Assembly: GCA_964016885.1 (NCBI GenBank)
Contig: OZ024747.1
Coordinates: 37,758,001 to 37,822,000 of the forward strand
Direction of reading: 5' to 3'
Origin: Eledone cirrhosa
Taxonomy: Eukaryota
Length of the DNA: 64,000 nt
Made by a program: the position numbers and the translations under genes. Positions within the stretch are counted from its first letter, which is position 1. The number at the start of each line of letters is the position of its first letter. The notes beneath the pieces are model-generated. The model was given only the letters and a program-made list of their open reading frames with translations, searched no databases and had not been told where the DNA came from. This document shows, in pieces, positions 25,369 to 38,376 of this stretch.

Positions 25369-25482
25369 TATATTGTATTGATTTTTATACATTAAATTTT
25401 GCTCTGGTAATTACATAGAGCACTCTTCACTTCTATGACCTTTTCTGTTTTCTACGGAAATTTCAATACTTATATATATATG

Positions 25483-25514
<32 letters not shown>

Positions 25515-25752
25515 GATATATATATGTATATATATGTATATATATATGAATATATATATGTATATGTGTATATGTATATATGTATATGTATATATATATA
25601 TATGTATGAGATAAACCACAGACCCTCCATCTCAACTCTACTTTTGAAAAGCAGAAGAACAGCGAAACCGGTAAAGGAAACAAATAAATATATATATTTA
25701 AAAAAAAATAAGACTCCAGTTGCATTTTCGATTTCATCTTTTTTTCTTTATA

Positions 25753-25818
<66 letters not shown>

Positions 25819-25854
25819 AATATATATGTATGTATATACATATATACCTATATA

Positions 25855-25921
<67 letters not shown>

Positions 25922-26077
25922 TTATATATGTATTTATATATATATACATATATGCCTATATATATATATGTATATATATATGTATTTATATATATATACA
26001 TATATGCCTATATATATATGTATATATATGTTTTTATATATATATACATATATGCCTATATATATATATATATATAC

Positions 26078-26112
<35 letters not shown>

Positions 26113-26337
26113 TGTATATACATATATACATATATGTATGTACATATATATATAAATATATATACATATATGTACATACATATGTGTATATATATATATG
26201 TATATATAAATGTATATGTATATATAGATGTATATGTATATATATAGATGTATATGTATATATAGATGTATATGTATATATAGATGTATATATATATATG
26301 TATATATATATATACATATGTATATATATATATATAT

Positions 26338-27452
26338 TCTTTCTTCCCGTTTGACCTGTGAGTAATTCTTTTCTCTCACATTCTCGGCCAAGCTGGTCGG
26401 AAATTTTTTTCTCTCTTGTCTACGATTTCACAGAACTTATGTTTACCGAATTCGCAGACCAGACCCCTTCTTCCTCCCGTTAGACCTGTGCGAAATTCCT
26501 TCCTTGCTCACATTTCAACCAGGTTTGATGGTCTTTATTCTCTCGTTCACGATTTCACCGAACTTAAATTCATAGAAATCTGGGACTTGTCTCCTTCTTC
26601 CTCACTCTCTGTTGCTTCATCATTTTCTTTGTTTACCCTCCCGTCCCCTTTATTTACGTGTCTCAACGACTTCTTTTAGCCGTTGCTCGCACCAACCGGA
26701 GGTATAAGGTCTTTAAAGCGATGAAATGCCTATGATAGTTGGAAGATCACTGATGAAGGACAAACCTTTTTTCATATGTAACCCATTTGCAACTCCGCAG
26801 CGCCCTTATTATCATATTTACACATATTTTTTCCTCTGCTGCTACACCGTCTTTTTCGTTCTATGTATCTTTACCCTTTCTAGCAGTCTCTCTCTCTGTT
26901 AGCCTCTTCCTCACCCTCTCTTCCTCACCCTTCACTCACTCATTCTCTGTCACTACCTATCCTCCTCCTCTTTCTTCCCGTTTGACCTGTGAGTAATTCT
27001 TTTCTCTCACATTCTCGGCCAAGCTGGTCGGAAATTTTTTTCTCTCTCGTCTACGATTTCACAGAACTTATGTTTACCGAATTCGCAGACCAGACCTCTT
27101 CTTCCTCCCGTTAGACCTGTGCGAAATTCCTTCCTTGCTCACATTTCAACCAGGTTTGATGGTCTTTATTCTCTCGTTCACGATTTCACCGAACTTAAAT
27201 TCATAGAAATCTGGGACTTGTCTCCTTCTTCCTCACTTTCTGTTGCTTCACTATTTTGTTTGTTTACCCTCGCGTCCCCTTTATTTACGTGTCCTAACGA
27301 CTTTTTTTAGCCGTTGCTCGCACCAACCGGAGGTATATGGTCTTTAAAGCGATGAAATGCCTATGATAGTTGGAAGATCACTGATGAAGGACAAACCTTT
27401 TTCATATGTAACCCATTTGCAACTCCGCAGCGCCCTTATTATCATATTTACA
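26338..27452. repeat. Partial tandem duplication (about 485-bp units, 631-bp period) between (TA)n tracts
   Basis: 26338-26822 and 26969-27452 are near-identical and non-coding. Confidence 0.9.
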
Positions 27453-27517
<65 letters not shown>

Positions 27518-27948
27518 GTCATCATAAATTCTGACCACAGGTATTATTCCGCTGTGCCATGTGTGTTACACTTCAATGAATTACTGCTGTGTTTGGTAGT
27601 CCACACATCCACGCGCGTACTCACCCCCCCCCCACACACACACCCACATAGATACCGACAGTCGTATTCATAGACTCCTGCTATACCCACACATTAAGGA
27701 GAACATATAAACATATAAACATACGCATACATTCATCCAGAGGCACGTATATACATAGACACATGCCCACAGGCCCGTATACATAAACACGCACACACAC
27801 ATGCTCATACACATGCATACGCGTATGTATACACGTACACACAAACACGTACAGACAAGCACGTAGATCCCCCTCCACCCACGCACAAACACATATACAC
27901 GTACCCATATATACACGCACAGATACATACTCGCTCGTAAACACGCAA

Positions 27949-27983
<35 letters not shown>

Positions 27984-28721
27984 AACAAGCCCTTTCCCTA
28001 TAGTGGTGCTTGTACATACACACCCACGCACGCATAAAAAAATATATAAAAAAATACTAATATTATATATCTATATATCTATATATATATATACACACAC
28101 AAAGAGAATATACACACAGTCATATAAAGATACACAATGGGTCGTACATGAAAGGATTCATCCTTTTGTAAACATGTACACATATAAAAAATGCATACAT
28201 ACATACACATATACATCCATATACGCATATACATATATATAAAAAAAAATATAAAAATATAAAATAAATTAAAAATATGAAAAATATTAACAATATTAAA
28301 AATATACATATAACGGCACATAACGATACACATTGTGCTATACATGAAAGGGTGCGCCCAGTTGTATGTGTCTACAGAGATTTTGTTACGTTGAGAACAT
28401 GGATCAATCCACATATGGAATCTTCACGCAAGGCTACATAATGGGCGTTCATGGTATTACAGTACATAGTATGCCCAGACCGTACAAAGAAAATGCGTAC
28501 AGAATATATATAAAAAACAGAAGGTACGTGTATGCATATGAGGTAGTACACAAGATAAGTATGAGATACACACGTGGGTCTGCATACGGAAAATCCATCA
28601 GGTGTTACAAAAAGGAATACGTGGAGGGTATGCACTCTCTATTGAAAAGATATATATATTCTGTACGCATTTATATTTATATATATTCTCCGGAAGATGT
28701 ATTTCCAGACATGTGGACAAC

Positions 28722-29770
28722 GTGAATCTCTAACACCTCCTCTAATAAGTCTATCTTTGACAGAGTGGCACCCCACTATAACACGGCGTTAGCTAACAGC
28801 GGCTTCTGGCAACCAATTACTCACTCCCCTGCTAACAACAGAAGCAATAAGAAAATAAATCGTAACAATAGACAAACTATCTGGTTCTCTCCTCCCCTCT
28901 CACTCAACGTTAAAACTAATGTATGAAAACATTTTTTAACCCTCTTAGGTAGACACTTTCCCATAGGTCACAAATACCGCTCAATCTTTAACAGACAGAG
29001 ACTAAAACTAGGGTACTACTGCGCTAAGAATATGAAGGCCCACATCACCGACAGTCTTAAGAGCGGCACCCCACCAGGGTGCTCTTGCCGAAAGCCTGAA
29101 GCTTGTCCCCTTCAACAGCAATGCAAGACACCTGCTGTAGTTTATAAAGCGATGTTCACTTCAAGACGACCAAAATCAACCACAGGAGGCCAAATCCTAT
29201 GTGGGTATGGTGGAGGGCCGATTTAAGTAACGCTTCCTGAACCATCAGTCGACCTTTAGATACCCGGACAAACGATCAGCCCCGAAACTCGCGAGCCACG
29301 TATGGTCCTTCAAGGACTCTGGTATAGACTACTCCATACAATGGAAAGCCATCACTAAGTCCAAGCCATAAGCTAGGGGCAATCCGTCGTGTGAACTGTA
29401 TATTGAAGAAAGGATAAATATTCTAAGGGGATTACGCAATAGCGACTGCCTAAATTCAAGATTTGAAATCTTCTCACGTTGTCCACATGTCTGGAAACAC
29501 CTCTTGGATAACTACAAAGCTCCGGATTGAATAACAATAACATTCTAATTTTCTTATCAACTCGAACATTTTTTCCGACTTTTGTAGTTATCTCCCTTAC
29601 ACCTTTCGCCCGTGGCTTTGCATCGATTGGGTGAAGTGACCGTTTCTGTGCATTCGCATTCATACGGTTGTTCTTCCTGTTCCGTATAACCGTGTCGAGT
29701 ACGAGCTGAAGATCCGCTAAGGTGAAACAATTGTTCTCAGTATGGTGAACTAATTATTATGTTACCACTT
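28722..29770 (+). mobile_element. 3' fragment of a further Hydra-type PLE family
   Basis: ISNTSSNKSIF...YNTALANSG, IWFSPPLSLNVKTN and CSCRKPEACPLQQQC...VVY, with stops and frameshifts. The UTR ends in (TA)n. Confidence 0.85.
29700..29742 (+). ncRNA. Minimal type-I hammerhead ribozyme
   Basis: gag CTGAAGA t cc gctaa gg t GAAAC AATT GTT ctc; stem III is the palindrome ACAATTGT. Confidence 0.8.
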
Positions 29771-30119
29771 CTATATATATATATATGTATATATATATTA
29801 TATATATGTATATATATTATATATATATGTATATATATATTATATATATGTATATATATTATATATATATATGTATATATATTATATATATATGTATATA
29901 TATTATATATATATATGTATATATATATTATATATATATATGTATATATATTATATATTTATGTATATATATATTATATATGTATATATATATATATATA
30001 TTATATATGTATATATATTATATATATATGTATATGTATTATATAGATATGTATATTTTATTATATATATATATATATATTATATATATATATGCATATA
30101 TATATTATATATATATATT

Positions 30120-31710
30120 TCGATTCTGAATTTGTTTAGCAAGATTCTTTATCTGAAATCGTGTGTTGAAACCGATATTGTTATACTTTGGGAGGGTCAT
30201 GTTGCCAATAAGAAACACACGCACCAGTTGCTTTCACTTCAATTTATTATAATAAATTTATAAATTTAGGAATTTATAAATTTCTGGTTGGTTGGTTGGT
30301 TCCACAACCAGATAGTTGTTTATATATTGTCAAAGTTCTTTCGTCACACATTCTGTGACCTCTTCAGTGACTGGGGATTCTTTTCTTTGTTTTTGTGCCT
30401 CTCCTTTGTTCTGTCCTACGCCATTTTGTTTCTGTGTGTGTGTTGTGTGCTCAGTCTGCGCATGCGCCACATCCGGGTGTCTGTGTGTGTTTATATTTGT
30501 TTATTTATTTGTTTATTTACATGTTACCGGTTGGTTGTTTGTTCTATGTGTGTGTGTGTTTTCATTTTGTCCTTAATTGTAAGTTGTGATGTTGCTGTTC
30601 CACTCATATTTTCTATTTAATTTTGGTTGTAATTCTTTTATGTTTATTGCCTCTGTGATTTGTCTAAACATTGCGTCTTTTCTGTGTGTAGATTCTATTT
30701 TTATTTCTATGTTCTCTAATTTACCCTTATGTTCTATTTTAGCATGTTGGTAGAGTACAGATGATTCTTTATTATCTTGAAGGTCTCGCCAGTGTTCATT
30801 TATCCCTTCGCCTACACTACGAGCTGTCTCACCTATGTACACTATATTTTTGTTTCTACATTGTCCTTCAGTACATCTTATGCTATACACTACATTTCTA
30901 GTTTTACAGTTAATATGGGGGCTTATTTTACAGGTTATACATTTCTTATCTATACAGTGGGGTCCTTGGAAAGGGTATGTCTTGCTAATAAGTGTTTTTA
31001 CGGAGGTACCTGGTCTTTCTACTATCTTAATATTGAGTTTATGTTTATCTAGGGCCCTTCTAAATTTGTAAGCTAATTCACCTCTAGGGGTTGTATCGAT
31101 GAACATTACACTCTGGTATTTATTGCTATCATACCATGAGTTTATTCTATTAGCCTTATTCCTAGTTCTTTCTATTCTATTCCAAAATTTGCTCCTATAC
31201 AAGGGGTAGGTCCCATTTGTGTCATTATTTACCATTTTTTCCCATTTGGTTCTGGCTCCTCTATACACCCTGATTCTATCTCTCTGATTGTAACCAGAGA
31301 ACTGCATACGGTGGATGAAGTGTTGTATGTGTCTCTCTAGTTCTTCGGGGTTGCACATGCGGGACTCGTTTCTCATCACCCGTACCAAATCCGCAATCAG
31401 TATGTTGATTTTGGTATGGTCCGAAACGACCGAGTTTCGGTGGATCAGATGTTTGGAAGTCATGGGTTTGGCATAATGGGAATGGAGGATTTGTTTTTTG
31501 TTATTAATGGTATCTAACCAGAGCTCTGAGTCTAGTACAGGTAATCGATGGTTGGGGTGTTTACTTGGGTAGTCTATAGTAACTCTAATGCTCTGTTGGA
31601 TGGAGTTAGCTATTTGCTGGATGCTTTCCATTGTGTTTTTCTCTAGTTCCTGACTGTTCTCTAGTGGGGGTGTCTCAACTATGATGTTTATATCATCAAC
31701 GTAGCGGGAG
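30120..31710 (-). mobile_element. 5'-truncated C-terminal GIY-YIG PLE (possibly Nematis-like)
   Basis: SRYVDDINI at the 5' break. ORF 30573-31631 carries LPVLD, CIDKKCITC...CKTRNVVYSIRC...YIGETARS...EH and RQITEA. Confidence 0.9.
30329..30372 (-). ncRNA. Minimal type-I hammerhead ribozyme
   Basis: The minus strand reads gtca CTGAAGA g gtcaca gaatg tgtgac GAAA gaa CTT tgac; paralog of 15018-15062. Confidence 0.75.
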
Positions 31711-31839
31711 TGATCGTTTGAGGCCTGGTGATTTGAAGCATGTTGGTAGCTGCAAATTTTTGATGGTTTTGGGGATGATGTTGTTATTCCGGCATCGTTT
31801 TAGGAAGTTTTTTTGGCAGCCGGCTTTGGCGCGCTTTTC

Positions 31840-34263
31840 AAAACCATCAAAAATTTGCACCTACCAACATGCTTCAAATCACCAGGCCTCAAACGATCAC
31901 TCAGTTACATACAAAAATTCTGCCTAAGAAAACTCATACAACACCTACACCGCACGCTACAACATCACATACGGACTATTTCCAGCCTTGTACCACAACT
32001 CGCTGAAACCCCAGAACCTCTGTCCAGGGTCATCTCCGCCACTATAGACTGGTCATACCACCACCGCCGAGACTACGAGAAAATACGTCTAACGTAAAAA
32101 TTTCTCAAACTCAGGACGGCCAACTGTCTTAACAACATCCCAACCCTAAACACCAACAGAGGCGAACAAGACGTTACCAACACCGAACCTAGCGGCACCC
32201 CTACCAACAACACACCTGACGCAAAACACCTCGTTACAGACTTGACAGGATCCCTCTCCCGAGAGGAATTAGACCTCCTCAGCCTGGGTCCCAAGTTCAT
32301 ATTGAAACAGAGACTGGACGACAGACTATGGCTGGACATAGAAACGAATTTCTGTCGGGCTGCCTACCAACTGAAATGGATATCGACTCTCGACAACAAC
32401 ACCACGGAATCCACCACACCCAGATTCCCGATATACCAACTAGATCGCCCACTCTATCCACCGCCCGCCAACCGCGAGCTGGAAGAAAAACTCTTGAGAC
32501 TAAAACATTCCGTATTTAACATCTTACGGAAACAGAAGAAGATGGCCCCAAACCTCTCCAGGACACAACAACTCGCCCTGAAGAACCTACGGAATAAGGA
32601 ACTTATTTACTTACCATCCGACAAAGGTAAAGAGTTCTGCGTCATCTCTCAAGCCACATACAATAACCTAGCCTTCGAACACCTAAGCGACAGTGAATTA
32701 TACACAGTGATCCCGGACATGACCGCAGCCCAAATCGAAAAACAGACCAACTCCATTTGGTTCGATATATGTAGAAGACAACTCCCGAATAAAGTTAAGC
32801 TCAACTACACCACTAGAAATAACAGACTGCGCACTTTCTACCACCTCATCAAGACCCACAAGAATAGCACTAAGACGCAAATAAGACCCATCGTCTCTAG
32901 CATAGAAGGACCCCTATACAAAATTTCCTGGCTTCTCTCCCAGGTCCTCAAGCCTCTACTCTCCACCTTCCCCGGGCATGTCAGTAGCTCCGACGAAGTT
33001 ATACGTAGACTACACCAACTCCAGCCAGAACAACTTAAACTAAATAAATACGCTTTTAGCCTCGACGTTGTCTCCCTCTACACTACAGTCCCCGCTCACC
33101 CAGCTGTCGATTTATTGACGGACTGCGTGGTCGCAGAGGACATCCACTGCTACGGCCTCCACCCGACGGACATACACCAGCTTTTGTCCTTCACAGTAGA
33201 CAACACGTACTTCACCTTCCACCACCACACATACAGACAGACAACAGGATTACCCATGGGATCCAGCCTTTCGGGCCTGCTGGCCATCACCTACATCAAC
33301 CAGATAGAATGCCGAGCCCTCAACACCTGCCATTCCCATGCCTTCTTCACCAGATATGTAGATGACATACTCATTCTTACATCATCCCGTGAGGAGGCAG
33401 AGAAAATATACACAACATTCTCCAGCATGGACGCCAGTATTAAGTTCAGCATGGAACACCCCGATGACCGCGGATCCCTATCCCTACTGGACTTCCAACT
33501 CAGGGTAACAGAGGAAGGCAACATCCACACCTGCTTCTATAAAAAATCCGCCAGCAGGGACCTGTTCGTACATTTCAGATCGGCCCTCCCACTCGGTGCC
33601 AAGTTTGGATACATAAGGAACGAACTAGCACGTATCAAGAACAAATGCACCGACGCCAGAGACCGAGACACACACACCACACATTTCCTGGAAGTACTCA
33701 AACTGAACGGATACACGACATCCACCACAAACCGTGCCAGAAAGAACAGAGGACACCACACCCGAGGCACTAACACTTGCTTCCTGAAGCTCCCACACTT
33801 CAGTGAAGAAGCAACAACAGCCATCCGCAGAGCCATCAGACGAGAGGGACTGGATATCCAACTGGCCCACTCGGGTCCTTCTCTGCGCGGACGGCTGGCC
33901 AAGAGACACTCCACCAGACATGACAACTGCTGCAGACTAGCCAACTTCCCCATCAACGACACAGACCTATGCCACCAGGCTTACGTAGTATACAGACTAG
34001 AGTGTGACAAATGCAACAACTTCTACGTAGGTAGCACCACCAGACCACTCCACATAAGAATAAAAGAACACCTCAATACTAACGCTTCCTCATTTAAGAA
34101 ACACCTAGTTAAATGCAAAAACACCGATAAAACCATAACAGTTAGGATAGAAACTAAGGAAAGAAACCTCGGCAATCTTAGAATTAAGGAAGCACTTATT
34201 ATAGATAAAACACATCCACCAATCAATAATAGACTAGAGCTCAACACCCAATTTATAACCTGA
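31840..34263 (+). pseudogene. PLE RT + GIY-YIG; one premature TAA at 32095-32097
   Basis: ORFs 31813 and 32242 share a frame. Motifs are LSLGPKF, SDKG, IKTHK, IRPIVS, SLDVVSLYT, GLPMGS, RYVDD and VVYRLECDKC...YVGSTTR...RIKEH. Confidence 0.92.
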
Positions 34264-34683
34264 TAGGGCCTCTAGCCCCATATTTACACCCCCCCACACA
34301 CACACGCACGCGCACACACACACACGCTTACACCTCCACTTATTCTCTCTCACACATACACACACAAAACCAGTTCTAACACCAGATAACACCTACCCCC
34401 CACTTTTACGAATAGACCTATCTTCCCACACTCACACACACACACCCACATACCTACACCTTCATGCATTCTCCCACACACATATACAGGCATGTATATA
34501 AAATAAAAACAAAAAAAAACAAAAAAAAAAACCAAAACCCTAAACAAACCCCTCTTAAAGGGAGACTACTCTTTATCCACCTAATTTTAATTCTTTGATA
34601 TTAGAGTTAGAACAGATACTCTATACTATTTCCGGTCAGCATGGCTTGGCTAGAGATTTAAGGCGCTGGTTTGAGACCTTTAT

Positions 34684-34722
34684 TTCCCCCCGAAGAAGAG
34701 ATATTATCTCGAAAATTAAGGA
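34684..34722 (+). ncRNA. Degenerate hammerhead-like motif (C4 variant)
   Basis: CCGAAGA a gagat att atctc GAAA a TTA agga. It sits at the expected 3' UTR position, but stem I is poor. Confidence 0.4.
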
Positions 34723-34882
34723 CATTTAAATAAATTCAAGGTAAAGGACGAATTCTCAACAATATCTTTTACTATTGCATTCTTTTTTCTATGTCCATAC
34801 CTGCATTGTTTTGGCTTTATTACACATATTCAAACGTTTATACCTCATTACACAATGCTTCAAGTGAACTATAACCTCCTCC

Positions 34883-34920
<38 letters not shown>

Positions 34921-34998
34921 TTACGTAATTACAAAGGAAATAAGAGTGTTCTATGTATAGAACAGAGCTATTTATTTAGAGAGTGAACAACAAAAAAT

Positions 34999-35082
34999 AT
35001 AACCACTCCATTACCAAAGGTTTCTGGATTATAGACGATAATAATATATACGTCTGGATCGGTCGTCAGATAGAGATGTTAT
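34999..35082 (-). ncRNA. Type-I hammerhead ribozyme in an orphan PLE 3' UTR
   Basis: The minus strand reads ctctat CTGACGA...GAAA cc ttt g GTA atggag. It has the same design as 25291-25368, with a decayed stem II. Confidence 0.7.
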
Positions 35083-35791
35083 AGACAAAAGATATGAAAT
35101 GGAATTTAAAATCGGTTAAAAATTGGAAGTGAGGCTGGAAAAATAACGGCATAAAATATATATATATATATATAGCAATAACGAAGGAGGTGTGGTAAGG
35201 AACCGGATGGACCCTAATGCACCAGAGTACTCAATACTTAGGGTAGTAGAGTGGTTAATACGGCTATTTCTGGACTAAATACGAATTTTCATCGTGGTAA
35301 ATAAATAGCCGAACTTTTCAAGGAGTAATTCCTTATATGGGAAGATTGTAGTTGTCAAAAGGATTGGTCAAACTTTCTTGTAAACTCAATTAAATCTTTC
35401 ATGGCAGTGGGTGGGGGTGGGGGTTGCTGAACTTACCTGTAGAACAATGAGGGAGTGGGTGGAGCCGGTCAAGCGTTGAAAGTGAATTCCATACAGACTC
35501 ACCTCGCCCTCAAACCCCCTCATGACCCAGGTGGGTAGACAATGGCTGCAACATCCTCCTTTTTCGCCACTTGCCGAACAAGATAGGGGAAACCACAGCA
35601 TACATATGTATATGTACTTCTTTTCTTTTCCTTTTTCTTTTTTTCTCTTTATCCCTTCTATCACTTCCTTCCATTCCCTATCCTCGTCCTTTTCCTTTTT
35701 CCTCTTTCGCCTAATCCGAGGCAAATCATCGGGCGTTTGTAGCCTCAGTACCCCCACCTCAGTAAATTATATATGGCATTGGCCGAAAACG

Positions 35792-36125
35792 CAACTAAAT
35801 ATAGCAGCTGCTTTAGACTCTACAGATTTTTTTAATTACTTTTTGCTATTCAATTAACAATTGTTTCACTGATTAAGTTGTCTAAAAATTGCTGAACACT
35901 TGAAGCTGTGCCACTCAATTTTAAATACGTTGTTAGCTTAACCAGATCACCAGAAAGGACTTTCTGATGATCTGGTTAAGCTAACATCGTATTTAAAATT
36001 GAGGGGCACAGCTTCAAGTGCTCAGCAATTTTTAGACAACTTAATCAGTGAAACGATTGATAATTGAATAGTAAAAAGTAATTAAAAAAATCTGTAGAGT
36101 CTAAAGCAGCTGCTATATTTAGTTG
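35792..36125. repeat. Palindrome with 166-bp arms and a 2-nt loop, carrying a long-stem-II HHR in each arm
   Basis: The centre is cagaaag-ga-ctttctg at 35958-35959. The right arm has CTGATGA at 35964 and GAAAC at 36050. Confidence 0.88.
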
Positions 36126-36482
36126 GTATTGCGTTTAACCCCCATCTTAGCACTTAACCCACAAACATTTTTCACATGTTAGCACTTAACCCACCAACGA
36201 ATCCTTATAAGAACACTTACTAAAAACTACTACTAACATAATATGTACTCACGCGCTCTCACTTATTTATTTCTTTATATTTTCAATTTTCTCATTTTTT
36301 AATGTACCCTATCTTATATTTTACTTTTTACATCTGTAACTTCTCTACCTATTTACCATATATGTTTTATTATCTATGTTATTGTTTTGATTATACGCTA
36401 TTTTATTATTGATGTTATTGTTTTGATTATACACTATTTTTCTATATAAGTCTTGCTTCGAGTGAATTACTTTCAAATCTAC

Positions 36483-36593
36483 GTACTCTGATATGTTGGC
36501 CAGAGGTCAATAATGTATTAGATATCGAATGACGCAACCTCAAGCGATTAGCGAACTCTAGACTCACCTGATCAACGAAACAATTGTCAGTAC
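36483..36593 (+). ncRNA. Degenerate long-stem-II hammerhead motif
   Basis: gtact CTGATAT gttggcca...tgatcaac GAAAC AATT GTC agtac; core positions 8-9 are non-canonical. Confidence 0.5.
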
Positions 36594-38288
36594 TTTAAAA
36601 TGGTCTAACCATTTCCCCTTCCTGTCCTCGGGCTCTGTTCCCTGGATCTGACTCGAACACCTTCTCTTCCTCCCTGTGATCTCGTTGATGATCATCCAGC
36701 TCTCCTTACATCCAGACCTGCCAAGAATACTAGGGAGATCAGGCGGCTGTTTGAAGAACTGGATATTGAGACAGAGCCCTTCACCAGAGAGGAGCTTCAG
36801 AGAGCCAAGAAGATCAAGGAGGGCAAGGCTCATGCAGAAGATGGTGTGGCATCAGAGGTGATGAAGAGGTGTGATTTTGATGATATCATCCTGGGGTTCT
36901 GTAACCAGGCACTGGAGAAAGGAGTTGCCCCGAATCAGTGGAGGATCAGTAACATCGTCCCAGTGCCAAAAAAGGGAGATCTCGCTAACACCAACAACTA
37001 CAGGGGGATCTCACCGACGTGACTTGTGGCAAAGACCCTCAACGGGATGATTCTTAACAGGATACAGCCCGAGATGGAGAAGAAGCTCAGGGACAACCAG
37101 AAAGGCTTTAGAGAGGGAAGATCAACCACCAGTCACATCCTGATGCTGAGGAGGATATTAAAGGGAGCTAGAGCAAAGTGCCTTCATGTGGTCATGGTTT
37201 TCATTGACTTTAGGAAGGCCTTTGATTATGTGGACCGTCACTGTCTGATGAAGATCTTACAGGCTTATGGAATCCCCAAGAAGATAGTGGACCTGGTATC
37301 ACTGCTCTACACCAACACCACAGCCCAAGTGATTACACCTGATGGGATGACAGAGTTCTTTGAGATACTGGCTGGAGTGCTCCAGGGAGATACATTGGCT
37401 CCCTATATTTTTATCATCGCAGTGGTCTATTGCACTGGAGAAACACCAGGACTCTGGGTTTATTGTAACACCGGCTCAGAGCAGGAGAGTTAAGGCGAAA
37501 AAGATATCGGATGCTGAATTTGCCGACGACATAGTTTTGGTGACAAACGCAGTGAAGGAGGCAGAGGTTTTGATGCAGGATGTTGAGACTGTGTCGATGA
37601 GTATGGGGCTGAGAATGAATGAGATTAAGACAAAATATCTGGTAGAGAATGTTGAGAAGCCAGAGGGGATTACTAATGTAGGCGGGAAGCCGCTGGAATT
37701 GGTTGAGGACTTCCTGTATTTGGGAGAAACTATTAGGAATAGGGAAGATGATGTGGTCGAGAGGAAAAGCAAAGCCTGGGCGGCGTGCCACAGCTTGAGA
37801 CCGATGTGGAAGTCCGACTTTCGTAAAGACCTGAAGATCCGCCTCTTCGTTGCTGTAGTGGTGTCTGTGCTACTGTACGGGTTTGAGACTTGGACATTGA
37901 CCAAGAAACTCACTCAGATGGTGGATGGGGGCTACACGAGAATGCTGAGGATGGCTCTGAACATTAATCAGTATACACTGAGGATAAAAAACTCAGAGCT
38001 CTATGGGATCCTCCCAAAAGTCAGCTGAAAAGTGACACAGAGGAGACTGAGGTTAGCTGGACATGCTCACCGACATCCAGACTTGAGACTGCACTCAGTG
38101 CTCCTATGGGAGCCCCTGCATGGACGTACTGGAAGAGGAAGGCCAAGGTTAACATAGGTTGATGCCCTAAGGACAGACACTGGTCTGTTGGAGACGCACG
38201 ACATGGCAGTAATAATGAGGGACAGAGACCGCTGGAGAGAACTCGTCCATGGATCTCGGGAAATCTTATCCGCCCTAGATAGATAGAT
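36588..38288 (+). mobile_element. RTE-clade LINE, 5'-truncated with an inverted 5' segment (about 36588-36712)
   Basis: Paralog of 10233-11510, with [25 protein letters not shown] and a (TAGA)n tail. The minus-strand piece reads WMIINEITGRK...WLDHFK. Confidence 0.9.
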
Positions 38289-38296
38289 GGATATAT

Positions 38297-38376
38297 ATGT
38301 AGGATGCTCTAGAGTGAGCTCTCCAAACAATCTCTTCATCTTTTCTTTGGAGAGCTCACTCTAGAGCATCCCACAT
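38297..38376. repeat. Inverted repeat with 31-bp arms
   Basis: atgtaggatgctctagagtgagctctccaaa pairs with tttggagagctcactctagagcatcccacat. Confidence 0.85.

Larger units (their letters stand above)
21898..25394. mobile_element. Hydra-type PLE 3' fragment as a long inverted repeat: arms about 21898-23417 and 23930-25394, spacer is a GIY-YIG domain on minus
   Basis: The arms are reverse complements, with matching ORFs at 22114-/24923+. The spacer encodes CSC...CSLQGKC...IVY...YVGMT...CTLC...CPH. Confidence 0.9.
31708..34885 (+). mobile_element. Near-full-length C-terminal GIY-YIG PLE with an inverted 5' end
   Basis: The inverted N-terminal segment is 31708-31839, the ORF is 31840-34263, and the 3' UTR ends at (TA)n(TG)n. 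Confidence 0.9.

Noticed and set aside
26690-26790. Hammerhead-like halves (ccaac...GAAA...gttgg and CTGATGA-agg-acaaa-cct)
   Set aside because: Neither arrangement has both conserved boxes in the right order.
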